Source: Longimicrobiales bacterium
GTDB lineage: Bacteria; Gemmatimonadota; Gemmatimonadetes; Longimicrobiales; Gaopeijiaceae
Reading direction: 5' to 3'
DNA: 64,000 bases
Assembly: GCA_965198065.1 (NCBI GenBank)
Contig: CBDAON010000004.1
Coordinates: 2,304,001 to 2,368,000, forward strand
A program made the position numbers and the translations under genes. This document shows, in pieces, positions 40,101 to 48,436 of the stretch (within the stretch, counting starts at the first letter, position 1; each line of letters begins with the position of its first letter). Under the pieces are notes generated by a model that was not told where the DNA came from, did not search any database, and saw nothing but the letters and a program-made list of their open reading frames with translations.

Positions 40101-40358
40101 GCGGACTTCTGGAAGCTCCGGGAAGTCGGGGTCCAGTACGATCTGCCGCAGGCCTGGATCCAGAGAACCGGCGCGAGCCGGGCATCGCTGGGCCTCGCGG
40201 CCCGGGAGATCGCGGACCTCTGGCGGGCGCGGGATACCCTCGGTGTAAATAGGGAAGGGACGACGCCGGGAAGACACATTCCGGATTCGGAGTCCGACGG
40301 ACTCTACAAGCTACCGGGGGTCGCATCGTTGACCGCCACCATGAGGGTCACCTTCTAA
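37107..40358 (+). CDS. SusC/RagA-like TonB-dependent receptor, copy 2
   Basis: Near-identical to copy 1 (offset 5259 bp) to about 39585, then divergent in blocks. Confidence 0.9.
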   Translation: MRSQPHVWRRGALIALLLGWASQAGAQQTGTVTGRVLDETGSPLPVVQVTITDLSVGVLSQQNGTYTLQNVPVGTHALTAQRLGYRVVTQNVTVTAGGAATADFELGQIALALDAVVVTGTAGGTQRRAIGNVVTQVQAAAVTESMPVTNMVEMLGGRAPGLQFQRTTGVVGEGSAIRIRGVGSVTLGSHPLIFIDGIRADNRTNAGPNGSSASALDDINANDIESIEIIKGPAAATLYGTEASEGVIQIITKRGAQGAPQFDFAVHQGIRFMRDPAGNIGTLFGCRSTSSPPCPVADIFEYNPVDEAKWYIDRIHGPLGTSGIYPGGQTEWNEWPCDQLFCNGHLETYTLSIRGGTDNLRYFVSGEFLGDEGVVPWNWQDRTNVRVNLNMLLTPNLSLDVSTGYVSGYTRFADTPSEGDVFDDMQWGKGYCLIRINPDACTRQGGFQERSPGDMWSIENTREWDRFIGSFTAQHIFREFLTQRFIFGIDNTWEINRNYFPLDPVSPPYRNAQAGAIRYDRPNVSNITLDYAASARTQLNDAFSLNTSVGVQYYEHLTETFRNEGRGFALPVQTTVNQTPVSSLSVVYTYVQNKSLGAYIQEEIGWNDRAFLTVAVRADDNSAFGANLDAQYYPKVSATWVISEEPFWNIPLVNTLRLRSAMGQAGRQPNTFAGQTTWQSYTGPGGAGAVRPLSPGNPGIGPEVSTEIEAGFDIAILNDRISGEFTYFQRTTKDALLNAPFAPSSAGVAPTARGVSLTPLPSGPSGTDARDLRRMDTWGGPSFGSLPPTLAASHPPPGTTIARNLGQIDNWGWEASVNARLMDRQNVTFDLTVNADHIGNEIKDLGDFPGTSAIQVGFPYPNEVNYFNVVGWSEEFDEFGEPLEVYCDAGTGTNNLFVGGETVNCDTVRGARPLVGPSYYTYTFSVVPTLTLYNNLRIFAVAQGMYGKIGDESQVSWGFRYNNGYCTQALGGDPACTEWLVRNRDGMFRDVRMQNTFKADFWKLREVGVQYDLPQAWIQRTGASRASLGLAAREIADLWRARDTLGVNREGTTPGRHIPDSESDGLYKLPGVASLTATMRVTF

Positions 40359-40429
40359 GACACGAGATCGGCGACGTCATCGGCGGCACGGGGCCAGGAG
40401 CCCTGTGCCGCCGATTGGCGCTTCGCCCC

Positions 40430-40690
40430 GTCACCTACGTGAATCCGGCGGACGAGGAGCGCCGCCGCGACCTGTGGCTCGAGGGGCGCTTCTGGTCCAC
40501 CAAGATCCAGCACACCGACCGCCTCTGGTTCCCGCGCTCTTTCGGCTCTTCGCTGTTCCAGGGCTTCCCCTACTACGGGGCCGTCACCCTGCTCATGCCC
40601 GAGCAGGAGTACGGGCTGAATCCGAACTTCGGCCTCGAGGCCCGCGGCACCGGATGCGACACCACCAAGGCGCCCACGGTGGTCGACTGA
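40430..40690 (+). pseudogene. 3' remnant of a second susD
   Basis: VTYVNPAD-EERRRDLWLEGRFWSTKIQ..PTVVD* matches the susD C-terminus; about 1.25 kb of 5' sequence and 27 internal nt are missing. Confidence 0.88.
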
Positions 40691-40901
40691 GCCCTGCAGG
40701 GGGCTAGAGCAAAAGAGTCGAACTGAACGGCCCACGGGCCCGTGCGACCAGCGTCGCGCGGGCCCGTGGGCTATGGTGCAGCCCCGGCCTGAGACTGGGC
40801 TGTAGTGAACAGCTGAAGACAACAGGACCAACCCGCAGTACCGCCTGAAATTATCGGACACGGGAGCCTGTCCCGCAAGCAAGTCCTTTGCGGTCCGGAC
40901 C

Positions 40902-42269
40902 CTACTCCACGGAGAGGGGGAGCCAACCTTGAACCCCGCTCCCCTCGGCACGGGCCAGAATCCAGGATCCGGAGCGCCCGAGAACTAGAACTACTTCTTC
41001 GTTCTCGATCCCGCGAATCCGGGGCGCACCCTCCACGGGGGCCGTTCTCATGACGAGCCTCGGCGGGATCGTCTCCACTCCCAGCGGCTCCTCAATGGGC
41101 TCGAGCGCGTCGCCAGGTGCGTAGCCCTGCTCGCCCCCGGGCAGCTGGACCCGGTACCACTGGCCCGCGCCCCCGAGGACACGGACGGGGAGCTCCGCCG
41201 GCAGGTCGGCGAGCCGGGCCGCTCGCCTCGAGGGCGCCGCGAGCAGCGTGGTCCCGGCGGCGCGAACCCGAAGGGTCTCCTGAAACGCCTCTCGGGACAC
41301 CGTGAGCGGCTCCGGCTCCCCTTCGGGATCGTGGATGAACGGATACGGGTCGACCGCGCCTCCCGGCCGCATGTAGACGCCGAAGTGGAGGTGAGGCGAG
41401 GTCGTCCTCGCGTTTCCCGTGTTTCCGACCAACCCCAACACGTCGCCGGCCCGCACGGTCTGTCCGTTTCGGACCATCTGGGAGTCTAAGTGGGCGAAGT
41501 ACTGGCGCTGCCTGCCGCCGCGATCCCTCACCCAGACCACCTTTCCGCCCAGATTCGTCACCTCAACGCGGTAGACGGTGCCGTCGGTGGCGGCACGGAC
41601 GGGCGTTCCCCTCGGGGCGAAGATGTCCACCCCGTGGTGATCCCTCGATCCCCCTGCCCGGATGTCTCCGAAGAAGCTGAGCACGTTCGCGGTCGAACGC
41701 CCCTCTACCGGAAACGCGAGAGACGGCCCGACGGTGACCGACACCTCCACGGCCCCGCCCGCCATGAGCTCGGGCTGGACGCGCAGGAGATACCGTCCCG
41801 TCGCTCTCGCGTCGTAGGCGATCGACCGCTCCCAGGGATCGGCCCACTCGACAAGGAGCTCGGACTCCTCGTCCCCCGGATCGCGCACCCGGTAGATCTC
41901 GAGGAAGATTTGCGAGATCGTGTCGTCGGTCCGGATCCGGACGTCGATCCGCTGCCCACGCTCGGCCTCCATCAGGTACCCGAACGCCGCTGGTACTTCG
42001 GGCGGAACCCAGACCTCCTCGACTACCGGGGGAACGATCTCCACCGCGTCCAGCAGGGCACGACGTCCCACGAGGTGCCAGGCGCGCACCATCGTGCTCC
42101 CACCCAGCCCGGCGCGATCGAGCGCCTCCTCGTACCGCTCGCGAGGCGTCTCCCCCCGGAACGGCTCGAGCAGGACTTCTCCGGCCCCGCACGAGGCGAG
42201 CACCGAGAGAGCTCCCGCGAGCAGGCTCCGTTGAGCCCACCCTCGGGCCCGGCTAAGTTCTCTGGCTAT
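40902..42269 (-). CDS. M23-family metallopeptidase lipoprotein with SH3-like C-terminal domains
   Basis: HHGVDIFA, YFAHLD, VGNTGNA, PHLHF; lipobox-like LASC. Start uncertain (ATA 42269 after an SD, or ATG 42308). Confidence 0.85.
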   Translation of the reverse strand: MARELSRARGWAQRSLLAGALSVLASCGAGEVLLEPFRGETPRERYEEALDRAGLGGSTMVRAWHLVGRRALLDAVEIVPPVVEEVWVPPEVPAAFGYLMEAERGQRIDVRIRTDDTISQIFLEIYRVRDPGDEESELLVEWADPWERSIAYDARATGRYLLRVQPELMAGGAVEVSVTVGPSLAFPVEGRSTANVLSFFGDIRAGGSRDHHGVDIFAPRGTPVRAATDGTVYRVEVTNLGGKVVWVRDRGGRQRQYFAHLDSQMVRNGQTVRAGDVLGLVGNTGNARTTSPHLHFGVYMRPGGAVDPYPFIHDPEGEPEPLTVSREAFQETLRVRAAGTTLLAAPSRRAARLADLPAELPVRVLGGAGQWYRVQLPGGEQGYAPGDALEPIEEPLGVETIPPRLVMRTAPVEGAPRIRGIENEEVVLVLGRSGSWILARAEGSGVQGWLPLSVE

Positions 42270-42297
42270 CTGCGTCCCCTCCGAGGAGGCCCACCCC

Positions 42298-43569
42298 GTG
42301 GTCCACATTGTCGCGATCGAATCGGGTAGCATCGCCGAGGCGCTGGCTCTCCGGGTGGGTACCCGCATCATTCGGATCAACGGCGAGCGCGTCCGGGACG
42401 GGATCGACCTCGCTTTCCTCCTCGCCGACACGGAGCTCGAAATCGAGGCCGTCGATCCGGACGGCCGACGGACCCTGCTGGGCGTCGAGCGCGACTCGGG
42501 AAAGCCGATGGGGATCGTTCCCGCTCCTGACAAGATCCGGGAGTGCGCGAACGAGTGCGTCTTCTGCTTCATCGACGGGAACCCTCCTGGGGCGCGCCGC
42601 ACCTTGTGGGTTCGAGACGACGACTTTCGTCTTTCGTTCACGTATGGGAGCTACGTTACGCTGACAAACCTGGGCCCGAAAGGGTTGAGTCGCCTGATCG
42701 AGCAGCGGCTCTCCCCGCTCTATGTGAGCGTCCACGCCACCGAGCCCGAAGTTCGAGCCCGCCTGCTAAAGAACGAGAAGGCCGGCCTCATCCTGGAGCA
42801 GCTCGAGCTCCTCACCGCGCAGGGCCTGGATGTCCACACCCAGGTCGTGCTCTGCCCGGGTTGGAACGACGGCCCTCACCTGGATCGCACGATCGACGAC
42901 CTGTGGAGCCTCGGGGAAGGGATCCGGACCCTCTCCGTGGTTCCCGTGGGCCTCACCAAGTACAACCTGGGGAGCCCTGTTCGGCTGCTGACGCCATCCG
43001 AGGCGGCGGCCGCCCTGGACCAGGTGGAAGCCATGCGCCGGCGGGCCAGGGCAAGCCGCGGATACGGCTGGTGCTACGCCGCGGACGAGCTGTTCCTCAC
43101 GGCCCGGCGGGAGATTCCGGAGGCCGCGTATTACGACGACCACGCGCTCACCGAGAACGGGGTGGGGGCGCTTCGCCGGTTCATCGAGGACTTCGCGGCG
43201 GGCCTCCCCCATGTACCGAAGCTCGAGGGCTCCCGGATCCAGATCCTCACCGGAACCTCCATGGAACCCGTCCTGGAGGAGCGTCGCGAGGCGATCGCGC
43301 GGGCCACGGGCGCCGCAGTCCAGGTCACGGCGGTCCCGAATCGCTATTACGGGGACACTGTGACGGTCGCCGGCCTCCTGGGCGGAGCTGACCTCCTCGC
43401 CGCGGCTTCCGACGCCCGGGAACGCGACCTTGTCCTCATCCCGGCCGAGGCGCTGAACGGGGACGACCTCTTCGTGGACTCTTTTCACCTCGATCGTCTT
43501 CGCGCCGAGCTGGCGCCGGCAAGGGTCGTCACCGGGTTCGAGGTCACCGCCGCGCTCCGTTCCCTGTGA
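42298..43569 (+). CDS. DUF512 PDZ / radical-SAM-like Fe-S protein
   Basis: CANECVFC, DDDFRLSF, ENGVG, VTVAGLL; upstream of der. Confidence 0.88.
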   Translation: MVHIVAIESGSIAEALALRVGTRIIRINGERVRDGIDLAFLLADTELEIEAVDPDGRRTLLGVERDSGKPMGIVPAPDKIRECANECVFCFIDGNPPGARRTLWVRDDDFRLSFTYGSYVTLTNLGPKGLSRLIEQRLSPLYVSVHATEPEVRARLLKNEKAGLILEQLELLTAQGLDVHTQVVLCPGWNDGPHLDRTIDDLWSLGEGIRTLSVVPVGLTKYNLGSPVRLLTPSEAAAALDQVEAMRRRARASRGYGWCYAADELFLTARREIPEAAYYDDHALTENGVGALRRFIEDFAAGLPHVPKLEGSRIQILTGTSMEPVLEERREAIARATGAAVQVTAVPNRYYGDTVTVAGLLGGADLLAAASDARERDLVLIPAEALNGDDLFVDSFHLDRLRAELAPARVVTGFEVTAALRSL

Positions 43570-44903
43570 GCGGAAGGCTCCCGGTCGTCGCCGTCGTCGG
43601 GCGCCCGAACGTGGGGAAATCCACGTTCTTCAACCGGGTCCTCGGACGGCGGGACGCGATCGTGGACGAGCGGGCCGGGGTCACGCGTGATCGTCACTTT
43701 GCGCTGGCGGACTGGGCGGGGCGGAGCTTCTTCATCGTGGACACCGGAGGAGTGATCGAGGGGAGCGACGAGCCCATGGATCGCTTGGTGCGTGGGCAGG
43801 CACTCACCGCGGCCCGGGAAGCGGACCTGATCGTCTTTCTCGTGGACGGACAGGAGGGAGCGCACCCGCAGGACGAGCGAATCACGGAGATCCTTCGCGG
43901 GACGGGCCGCGCCCTCCTCCTCGTCGTGAACAAGCTCGACAACCTCCCGGCCGACGAGGCACGTCACGATTTCTGGCGTCTCGGGCTCGGCGATCCGCTG
44001 CCGGTGAGCGCCATCTCGGGCAAGGGGTCCGGGGACGTACTCGACCGGATCGTGGCCGCGCTCCCCGAGCGAGAAGTCCGTGCGCCCCCCGAGGACGTTC
44101 GCGTGGCGGTGATCGGGAGGCCGAACGTCGGGAAATCCTCGTTCGTGAACCGGCTTCTGGGCGAGGAGCGCGCCGTGGTCAGCGAAGCACCCGGGACCAC
44201 GCGTGACCCCGTGGACTCGACCCTGGTGTACGAAGGCAAGCGGTGGACGTTCGTGGACACGGCAGGGCTCCGGCGGCACTCCCGAATCGACGAGTCCATC
44301 GAGTATTATTCGTCGCTCCGGACCCAGCGGGTGATTCGCGACGCCCATGTCGCCCTGATCCTCGTGGATGCCACCGAGGGCGTGACCCACCAGGATCTGA
44401 AGGTCATGGAAGCGGCGTGGGACGCGGGGTGCGGCCTGATCATTGGCGTGAACAAGTGGGATCTCGTCGCAAAGGGGACCTCGACGGCCCCGGATTTCGA
44501 GAAGGCGTTCCAGGCCCGGGCTCCGTCTTTCGCCGACGTTCCGATGATCTTCCTTTCAGCGCTCACCGGGCAACGGGTTCGAAAGACGCTGGACCTCCTC
44601 CTCCAGGTGTCTGAGGAGCGCCGCCGTCGGATCCCCACCCACGAGGTGAATACCGTCCTGGAGGGGCTCACGCGCCGCCAACCCGCTCCTCATTCCCGAG
44701 GGCGCCCGGTCCGGATCCGCTACGGATCGCAGGTCGATAGCGCGCCACCCACGTTCGTGCTCTTCTCGAATCTCCCCGACGCGGTCCCGCGGAGCTACGC
44801 GCGCTACTTACAAAATGGGTTCCGCGCTGCCTGGGGCTTCCACGGCGTGCCGCTCCGCGTTCGCCTCCGTGCTTCGGGGCGGGGTAGGGCAGCCGAGCCG
44901 TGA
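43566..44903 (+). CDS. der: Ribosome biogenesis GTPase Der
   Basis: Two GRPNVGKS G-domains with DTGG/DTAG and NKLD/NKWD. Confidence 0.96.
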   Translation: MSGRLPVVAVVGRPNVGKSTFFNRVLGRRDAIVDERAGVTRDRHFALADWAGRSFFIVDTGGVIEGSDEPMDRLVRGQALTAAREADLIVFLVDGQEGAHPQDERITEILRGTGRALLLVVNKLDNLPADEARHDFWRLGLGDPLPVSAISGKGSGDVLDRIVAALPEREVRAPPEDVRVAVIGRPNVGKSSFVNRLLGEERAVVSEAPGTTRDPVDSTLVYEGKRWTFVDTAGLRRHSRIDESIEYYSSLRTQRVIRDAHVALILVDATEGVTHQDLKVMEAAWDAGCGLIIGVNKWDLVAKGTSTAPDFEKAFQARAPSFADVPMIFLSALTGQRVRKTLDLLLQVSEERRRRIPTHEVNTVLEGLTRRQPAPHSRGRPVRIRYGSQVDSAPPTFVLFSNLPDAVPRSYARYLQNGFRAAWGFHGVPLRVRLRASGRGRAAEP

Positions 44904-45520
44904 CGGTTCCGCTCATCCTCGTCGCTCTCGCCTACGCGGTGGGAGCCACCCCGTCCTCGCACTGGATGGGGCGGTTCGTTTACGGCGTGGACCTCCGCAC
45001 CCGGGGAAGCGGGAACCTCGGGGCCACCAACGTCTATCGCACTCTTGGCGCGCGGGCCGCCGTTCCGGTCGTGGCCGCGGACGTGCTCAAGGGGTGGGCT
45101 CCCGTCGCGCTGTTTCCGCTTTTCGTCCCGGGCGCAGCGTACGGATGGAGACTCGCCTTCGGGAGCGCGGCCATTCTAGGCCACGTGTTCTCGGTCTGGG
45201 TGGGCTTCAGGGGAGGGAAGGGAGTCGCAACGAGCGCGGGGGTGTTCTTGGGGCTGGCCCCGACGGCGCTCATCGCGGCCCTGGTCGTGTGGGCCGCCGC
45301 CGTTCTCGCCACGGGATACGTGTCGCTCGGATCGATCCTTGCGGCCGTGGCCCTTCCGGTCGCGATCGCGCTCACCAGCCCTCCCGGGGGCCCCACGCTC
45401 CTCGCCTTCTCGGCCGGGCTCGCGGCGTTCGTGGTCTGGGCGCACCGATCGAACATCGCCCGACTTCTCCGGGGGGAGGAGAACCGCATTCGGCGCGGGC
45501 AGGGGGCCGCGCCCCCATGA
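44900..45520 (+). CDS. plsY: Glycerol-3-phosphate acyltransferase
   Basis: GSGNLGATN, GGKGVAT, HRSNIARL. Confidence 0.95.
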   Translation: MTVPLILVALAYAVGATPSSHWMGRFVYGVDLRTRGSGNLGATNVYRTLGARAAVPVVAADVLKGWAPVALFPLFVPGAAYGWRLAFGSAAILGHVFSVWVGFRGGKGVATSAGVFLGLAPTALIAALVVWAAAVLATGYVSLGSILAAVALPVAIALTSPPGGPTLLAFSAGLAAFVVWAHRSNIARLLRGEENRIRRGQGAAPP

Positions 45521-46572
45521 CCCCTTCGGCCTCCGGCCGCCCCTCGCGCGGGGGGCACCCGCGGGACGACCGGGTCCCCGTGGCCGTGGTGGGGGCGGGG
45601 GGCTGGGGCACGGCCCTCGCCTGCCACCTGAGCCGCGGCGGCCATCGAGTTCGGCTCTGGAGCTACGAGCTCGAGGTCGTCCGCTCCGTCAGAGAAGCGG
45701 GGGAGAACCGGCCGTACCTGCCCGGGGTGCGGCTCCCTCCCGAGCTCGTGGTGTCCGAGAATATGGACGAGGTCGTCTCGGGAGCGCACCTCGTCGTTTC
45801 GGTGAGCCCCTCCCAGCACGTGCGACGCGTGATGAGCGAGGCGGCCGCCCACGTGGACCCCGAGGCGCTCGTGGTGAGCGCGTCCAAGGGGATCGAGATC
45901 GACACACTCGAGCGCATGAGCCAGGTGCTCCGTTCCCTTCTCCCGCCGGGTGTGGGAGACCGAATTGTGGCGCTCTCCGGTCCCTCCTTCGCGGTCGAGG
46001 TGGCCCGCCTCATGCCCACGGCGGTCGTGGCTGCGGGGACGTCGTCCGAGGCCTGCCTGGAGGTGCAGCGGATCTTCACCTCCCCGGTGTTTCGGGTGTA
46101 CACGAGCAGTGACGTGATCGGAGTCGAGCTGGGGGGAGCGCTCAAGAACGTGATCGCGCTCGCGGGCGGCGTGGTGGCCGGTCTCGAGTTCGGGCACAAC
46201 ACGCTGGCCGCTCTCATCACGCGCGGACTAGCCGAGATCACGCGGCTGGGCGTGGCCATGGGAGCGGAAGCCGCGACCTTCTATGGGCTGGCCGGGCTCG
46301 GTGACCTCGTGCTCACTTGTACGGGGGACCTGTCACGCAACCGCACGGTCGGAGCTCGTCTCGGTCGGGGCGAGAGACTCACGGATATCCTGGCTGAGAT
46401 GACCGCGGTCGCGGAGGGCGTGAGAACGACACCGGCGGTGCACGAGCTCGCGAACAAGCACGGAGTGGAGATGCCGATCGCCGATCAGGTTCATGCCATC
46501 CTCGAAGAGCGAAAAGCGCCGAAGGATGCGCTCCAGGAGCTCATGCTCCGGGAGCCCGGAAGGGAATCCTGA
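45517..46572 (+). CDS. gpsA: NAD(P)H-dependent glycerol-3-phosphate dehydrogenase
   Basis: GAGGWGTALA, SGPSFA, GGALKNVIA, GLGDLVLTC, SRN. Confidence 0.95.
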   Translation: MTPSASGRPSRGGHPRDDRVPVAVVGAGGWGTALACHLSRGGHRVRLWSYELEVVRSVREAGENRPYLPGVRLPPELVVSENMDEVVSGAHLVVSVSPSQHVRRVMSEAAAHVDPEALVVSASKGIEIDTLERMSQVLRSLLPPGVGDRIVALSGPSFAVEVARLMPTAVVAAGTSSEACLEVQRIFTSPVFRVYTSSDVIGVELGGALKNVIALAGGVVAGLEFGHNTLAALITRGLAEITRLGVAMGAEAATFYGLAGLGDLVLTCTGDLSRNRTVGARLGRGERLTDILAEMTAVAEGVRTTPAVHELANKHGVEMPIADQVHAILEERKAPKDALQELMLREPGRES

Positions 46573-46614
46573 CGGACGGGCTCGAGCCCCCGGGGCGGGC
46601 CCGTAGGAGGAACC

Positions 46615-47004
46615 GTGGAAGATCCAGTCGCAAGGAAGGCCTACTACTCGATCGGGGAGGTCTGCGAGCTCATGGGCCTTCGGCCTCACGTGCTGAGGTA
46701 CTGGGAGACCCAGTTCCAGGCCCTCCATCCCACAAAGAACCGGGCCGGAATCCGCGTGTACCGACCCGAAGAGGTGGAGACGATCCTTCTCGTGAAGCGC
46801 CTCCTCTACGAGGAGAAATACACGATCGAAGGCGCCGACCGGAAGATCCGCGAGATGCGGAGCACCGGAGAGCTCAGGGAAGAGCGGAAGGACGCGGTCG
46901 AGCCCGAGCTCCTGTCAGCCATCCGGGGTGAGCTTCTCGAGTTGAGGAGGATCCTGACCCTCCCCACCGAAGCGGATCCGGACGACGAACGCACCAGCAC
47001 CTGA
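46615..47004 (+). CDS. MerR-family HTH regulator
   Basis: YYSIGEV..HVLRYWETQF..YTIEGA. Confidence 0.88.
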   Translation: MEDPVARKAYYSIGEVCELMGLRPHVLRYWETQFQALHPTKNRAGIRVYRPEEVETILLVKRLLYEEKYTIEGADRKIREMRSTGELREERKDAVEPELLSAIRGELLELRRILTLPTEADPDDERTST

Positions 47005-47021
47005 CCGTTCCGCGCGCGACC

Positions 47022-47774
47022 ATGCAGATCCTTTGCACGAACGACGACGGCTTCCTGGCCACGGGCCTACGGGTGCTCGCCTCTTCGGCGCTCCGCCTGG
47101 GCCACGTGACCGTGGTCGCCCCCGATCGCGAGCAGAGCGCGACGAGCCACTCCCTCACCCTCCACCACCCGCTTCGGAGCCGCCGGGCCTCCGACGGGAC
47201 GCTCGTCGTGGACGGAACCCCCACGGACTGCGTGATCCTGGCGGTGAACGCGCTCATGAACGACCGCCCGCAGTTCTGTCTCTCGGGGGTAAACCACGGC
47301 CCGAACCTGGGCGAAGACATCCTCTACTCGGGAACGGTCGCAGCAGCCATGGAGGCGGTCGTGCTTGGAATTCCTTCCGTGGCGATCTCCTACGCGGGAC
47401 CCGACTTCGAGTCGATCGAGGCGTGGGACGGAAAACTCTCGGATCTCCTCGTGCAGCTCCTCACCGGGCGACCCGACTTCCCCCGCTCCACCCTCCTCAA
47501 CGTGAACCTGCCCGCCCTACCACTCGAGGACGTGCGGGGGATCCGGGTCACCTCCCTCGGGGAGCGACGCTATTCGGACTCCCTGACCCGGGCCAAGGAT
47601 CCGTCGGGGCGGGAATACTTCTGGATCGGGGGGGGTGCGACCCATTGGCGAGGGAATCGTGAGTCGGACTTCAAGGCGGTGGACGAAGGCTACATTTCCG
47701 TGACGCCGCTTCACCTGGACCTCACCAACTACGAGCTGATCGAGGAGCTACGCGGGTGGAACCTGGAGCTGTGA
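47022..47774 (+). CDS. surE: 5'/3'-nucleotidase SurE
   Basis: TNDDG, GTPTDCV, SGVN.GPNLG, YSGTVAAA. Confidence 0.95.
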   Translation: MQILCTNDDGFLATGLRVLASSALRLGHVTVVAPDREQSATSHSLTLHHPLRSRRASDGTLVVDGTPTDCVILAVNALMNDRPQFCLSGVNHGPNLGEDILYSGTVAAAMEAVVLGIPSVAISYAGPDFESIEAWDGKLSDLLVQLLTGRPDFPRSTLLNVNLPALPLEDVRGIRVTSLGERRYSDSLTRAKDPSGREYFWIGGGATHWRGNRESDFKAVDEGYISVTPLHLDLTNYELIEELRGWNLEL

Positions 47775-48436
47775 GCGACTTCGGGTACGTGGCGTCCCGC
47801 CGGCGCCTGATCGAGGACATCCGGACGAAGGGGATCGAGGACCTGGCGATCCTCCAACTGTTCGACCGGGTTCCGAGGCACGTGTTTCTCCCCGAAGCCA
47901 TGCGACATCGCGCCTACGAGGATTCGCCTATCCCGATCGGATACGGACAGACGGCCTCCCAGCCGTCTCTCCAGGCGTTCTACCTGGAGGCGCTCCAGCC
48001 CCGTCCTGGCGACAAAGTGCTGGAGATCGGAACCGGAAGCGGCTTCCTGACCGCTCTCCTCGCCCTGAGCGCGGACCGTGTCTACTCGGTCGAGCGCGTT
48101 CGTGAGCTCTCGGCACGGGCGCGCATCGCCCTCGACTCAATGGGCGTTCGGAACGTCGCCCTTCTGGTGGGGGACGGCTCGATCGGGTGGAGGAAGTACG
48201 CGCCCTTCGAGGTGATCACCGTCTCCGCCGCCTCCCCTTCCGTCCCCCCGGCGCTGGTGGACCAGCTGGGAGAGGGAGGAAGGATGCTCATCCCGGTAGG
48301 TGGGAAAGAGATCCAGGACCTCCTCCTGGTCCGACGCCTGGACGGCGAGATCACCACCGAGTCCCTTCGCGAGAAGTGCACGTTCGTCCCCCTCCTCGGA
48401 CTATACGGGTGGTACCAGACCGATTGGACCCGCTAA
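47771..48436 (+). CDS. pcm: Protein-L-isoaspartate O-methyltransferase
   Basis: VPRHVF, AYED.PIPIGYGQT, LEIGTGSG, FVPLLG. Confidence 0.93.
   Translation: MSDFGYVASRRRLIEDIRTKGIEDLAILQLFDRVPRHVFLPEAMRHRAYEDSPIPIGYGQTASQPSLQAFYLEALQPRPGDKVLEIGTGSGFLTALLALSADRVYSVERVRELSARARIALDSMGVRNVALLVGDGSIGWRKYAPFEVITVSAASPSVPPALVDQLGEGGRMLIPVGGKEIQDLLLVRRLDGEITTESLREKCTFVPLLGLYGWYQTDWTR

Larger units (their letters stand above)
31834..40771 (+). repeat. Tandem direct duplication of the susC(-susD) unit
   Basis: 31834-35178 matches 37093-40422; 36434-36805 matches 40430-40775. Confidence 0.92.

Noticed and set aside
34320..40358. Diversity-generating retroelement explaining the susC 3' variation
   Set aside because: Mismatches are not confined to adenines in either copy, include an indel, and no reverse transcriptase is in the window.
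31834..40771. Invertase-type shufflon
   Set aside because: The copies are in direct orientation, and no flanking inverted repeats or site-specific recombinase were seen.
42310..42641. N-terminal extension of the M23 peptidase
   Set aside because: It overlaps the DUF512 gene on the opposite strand and lies upstream of the apparent signal peptide.
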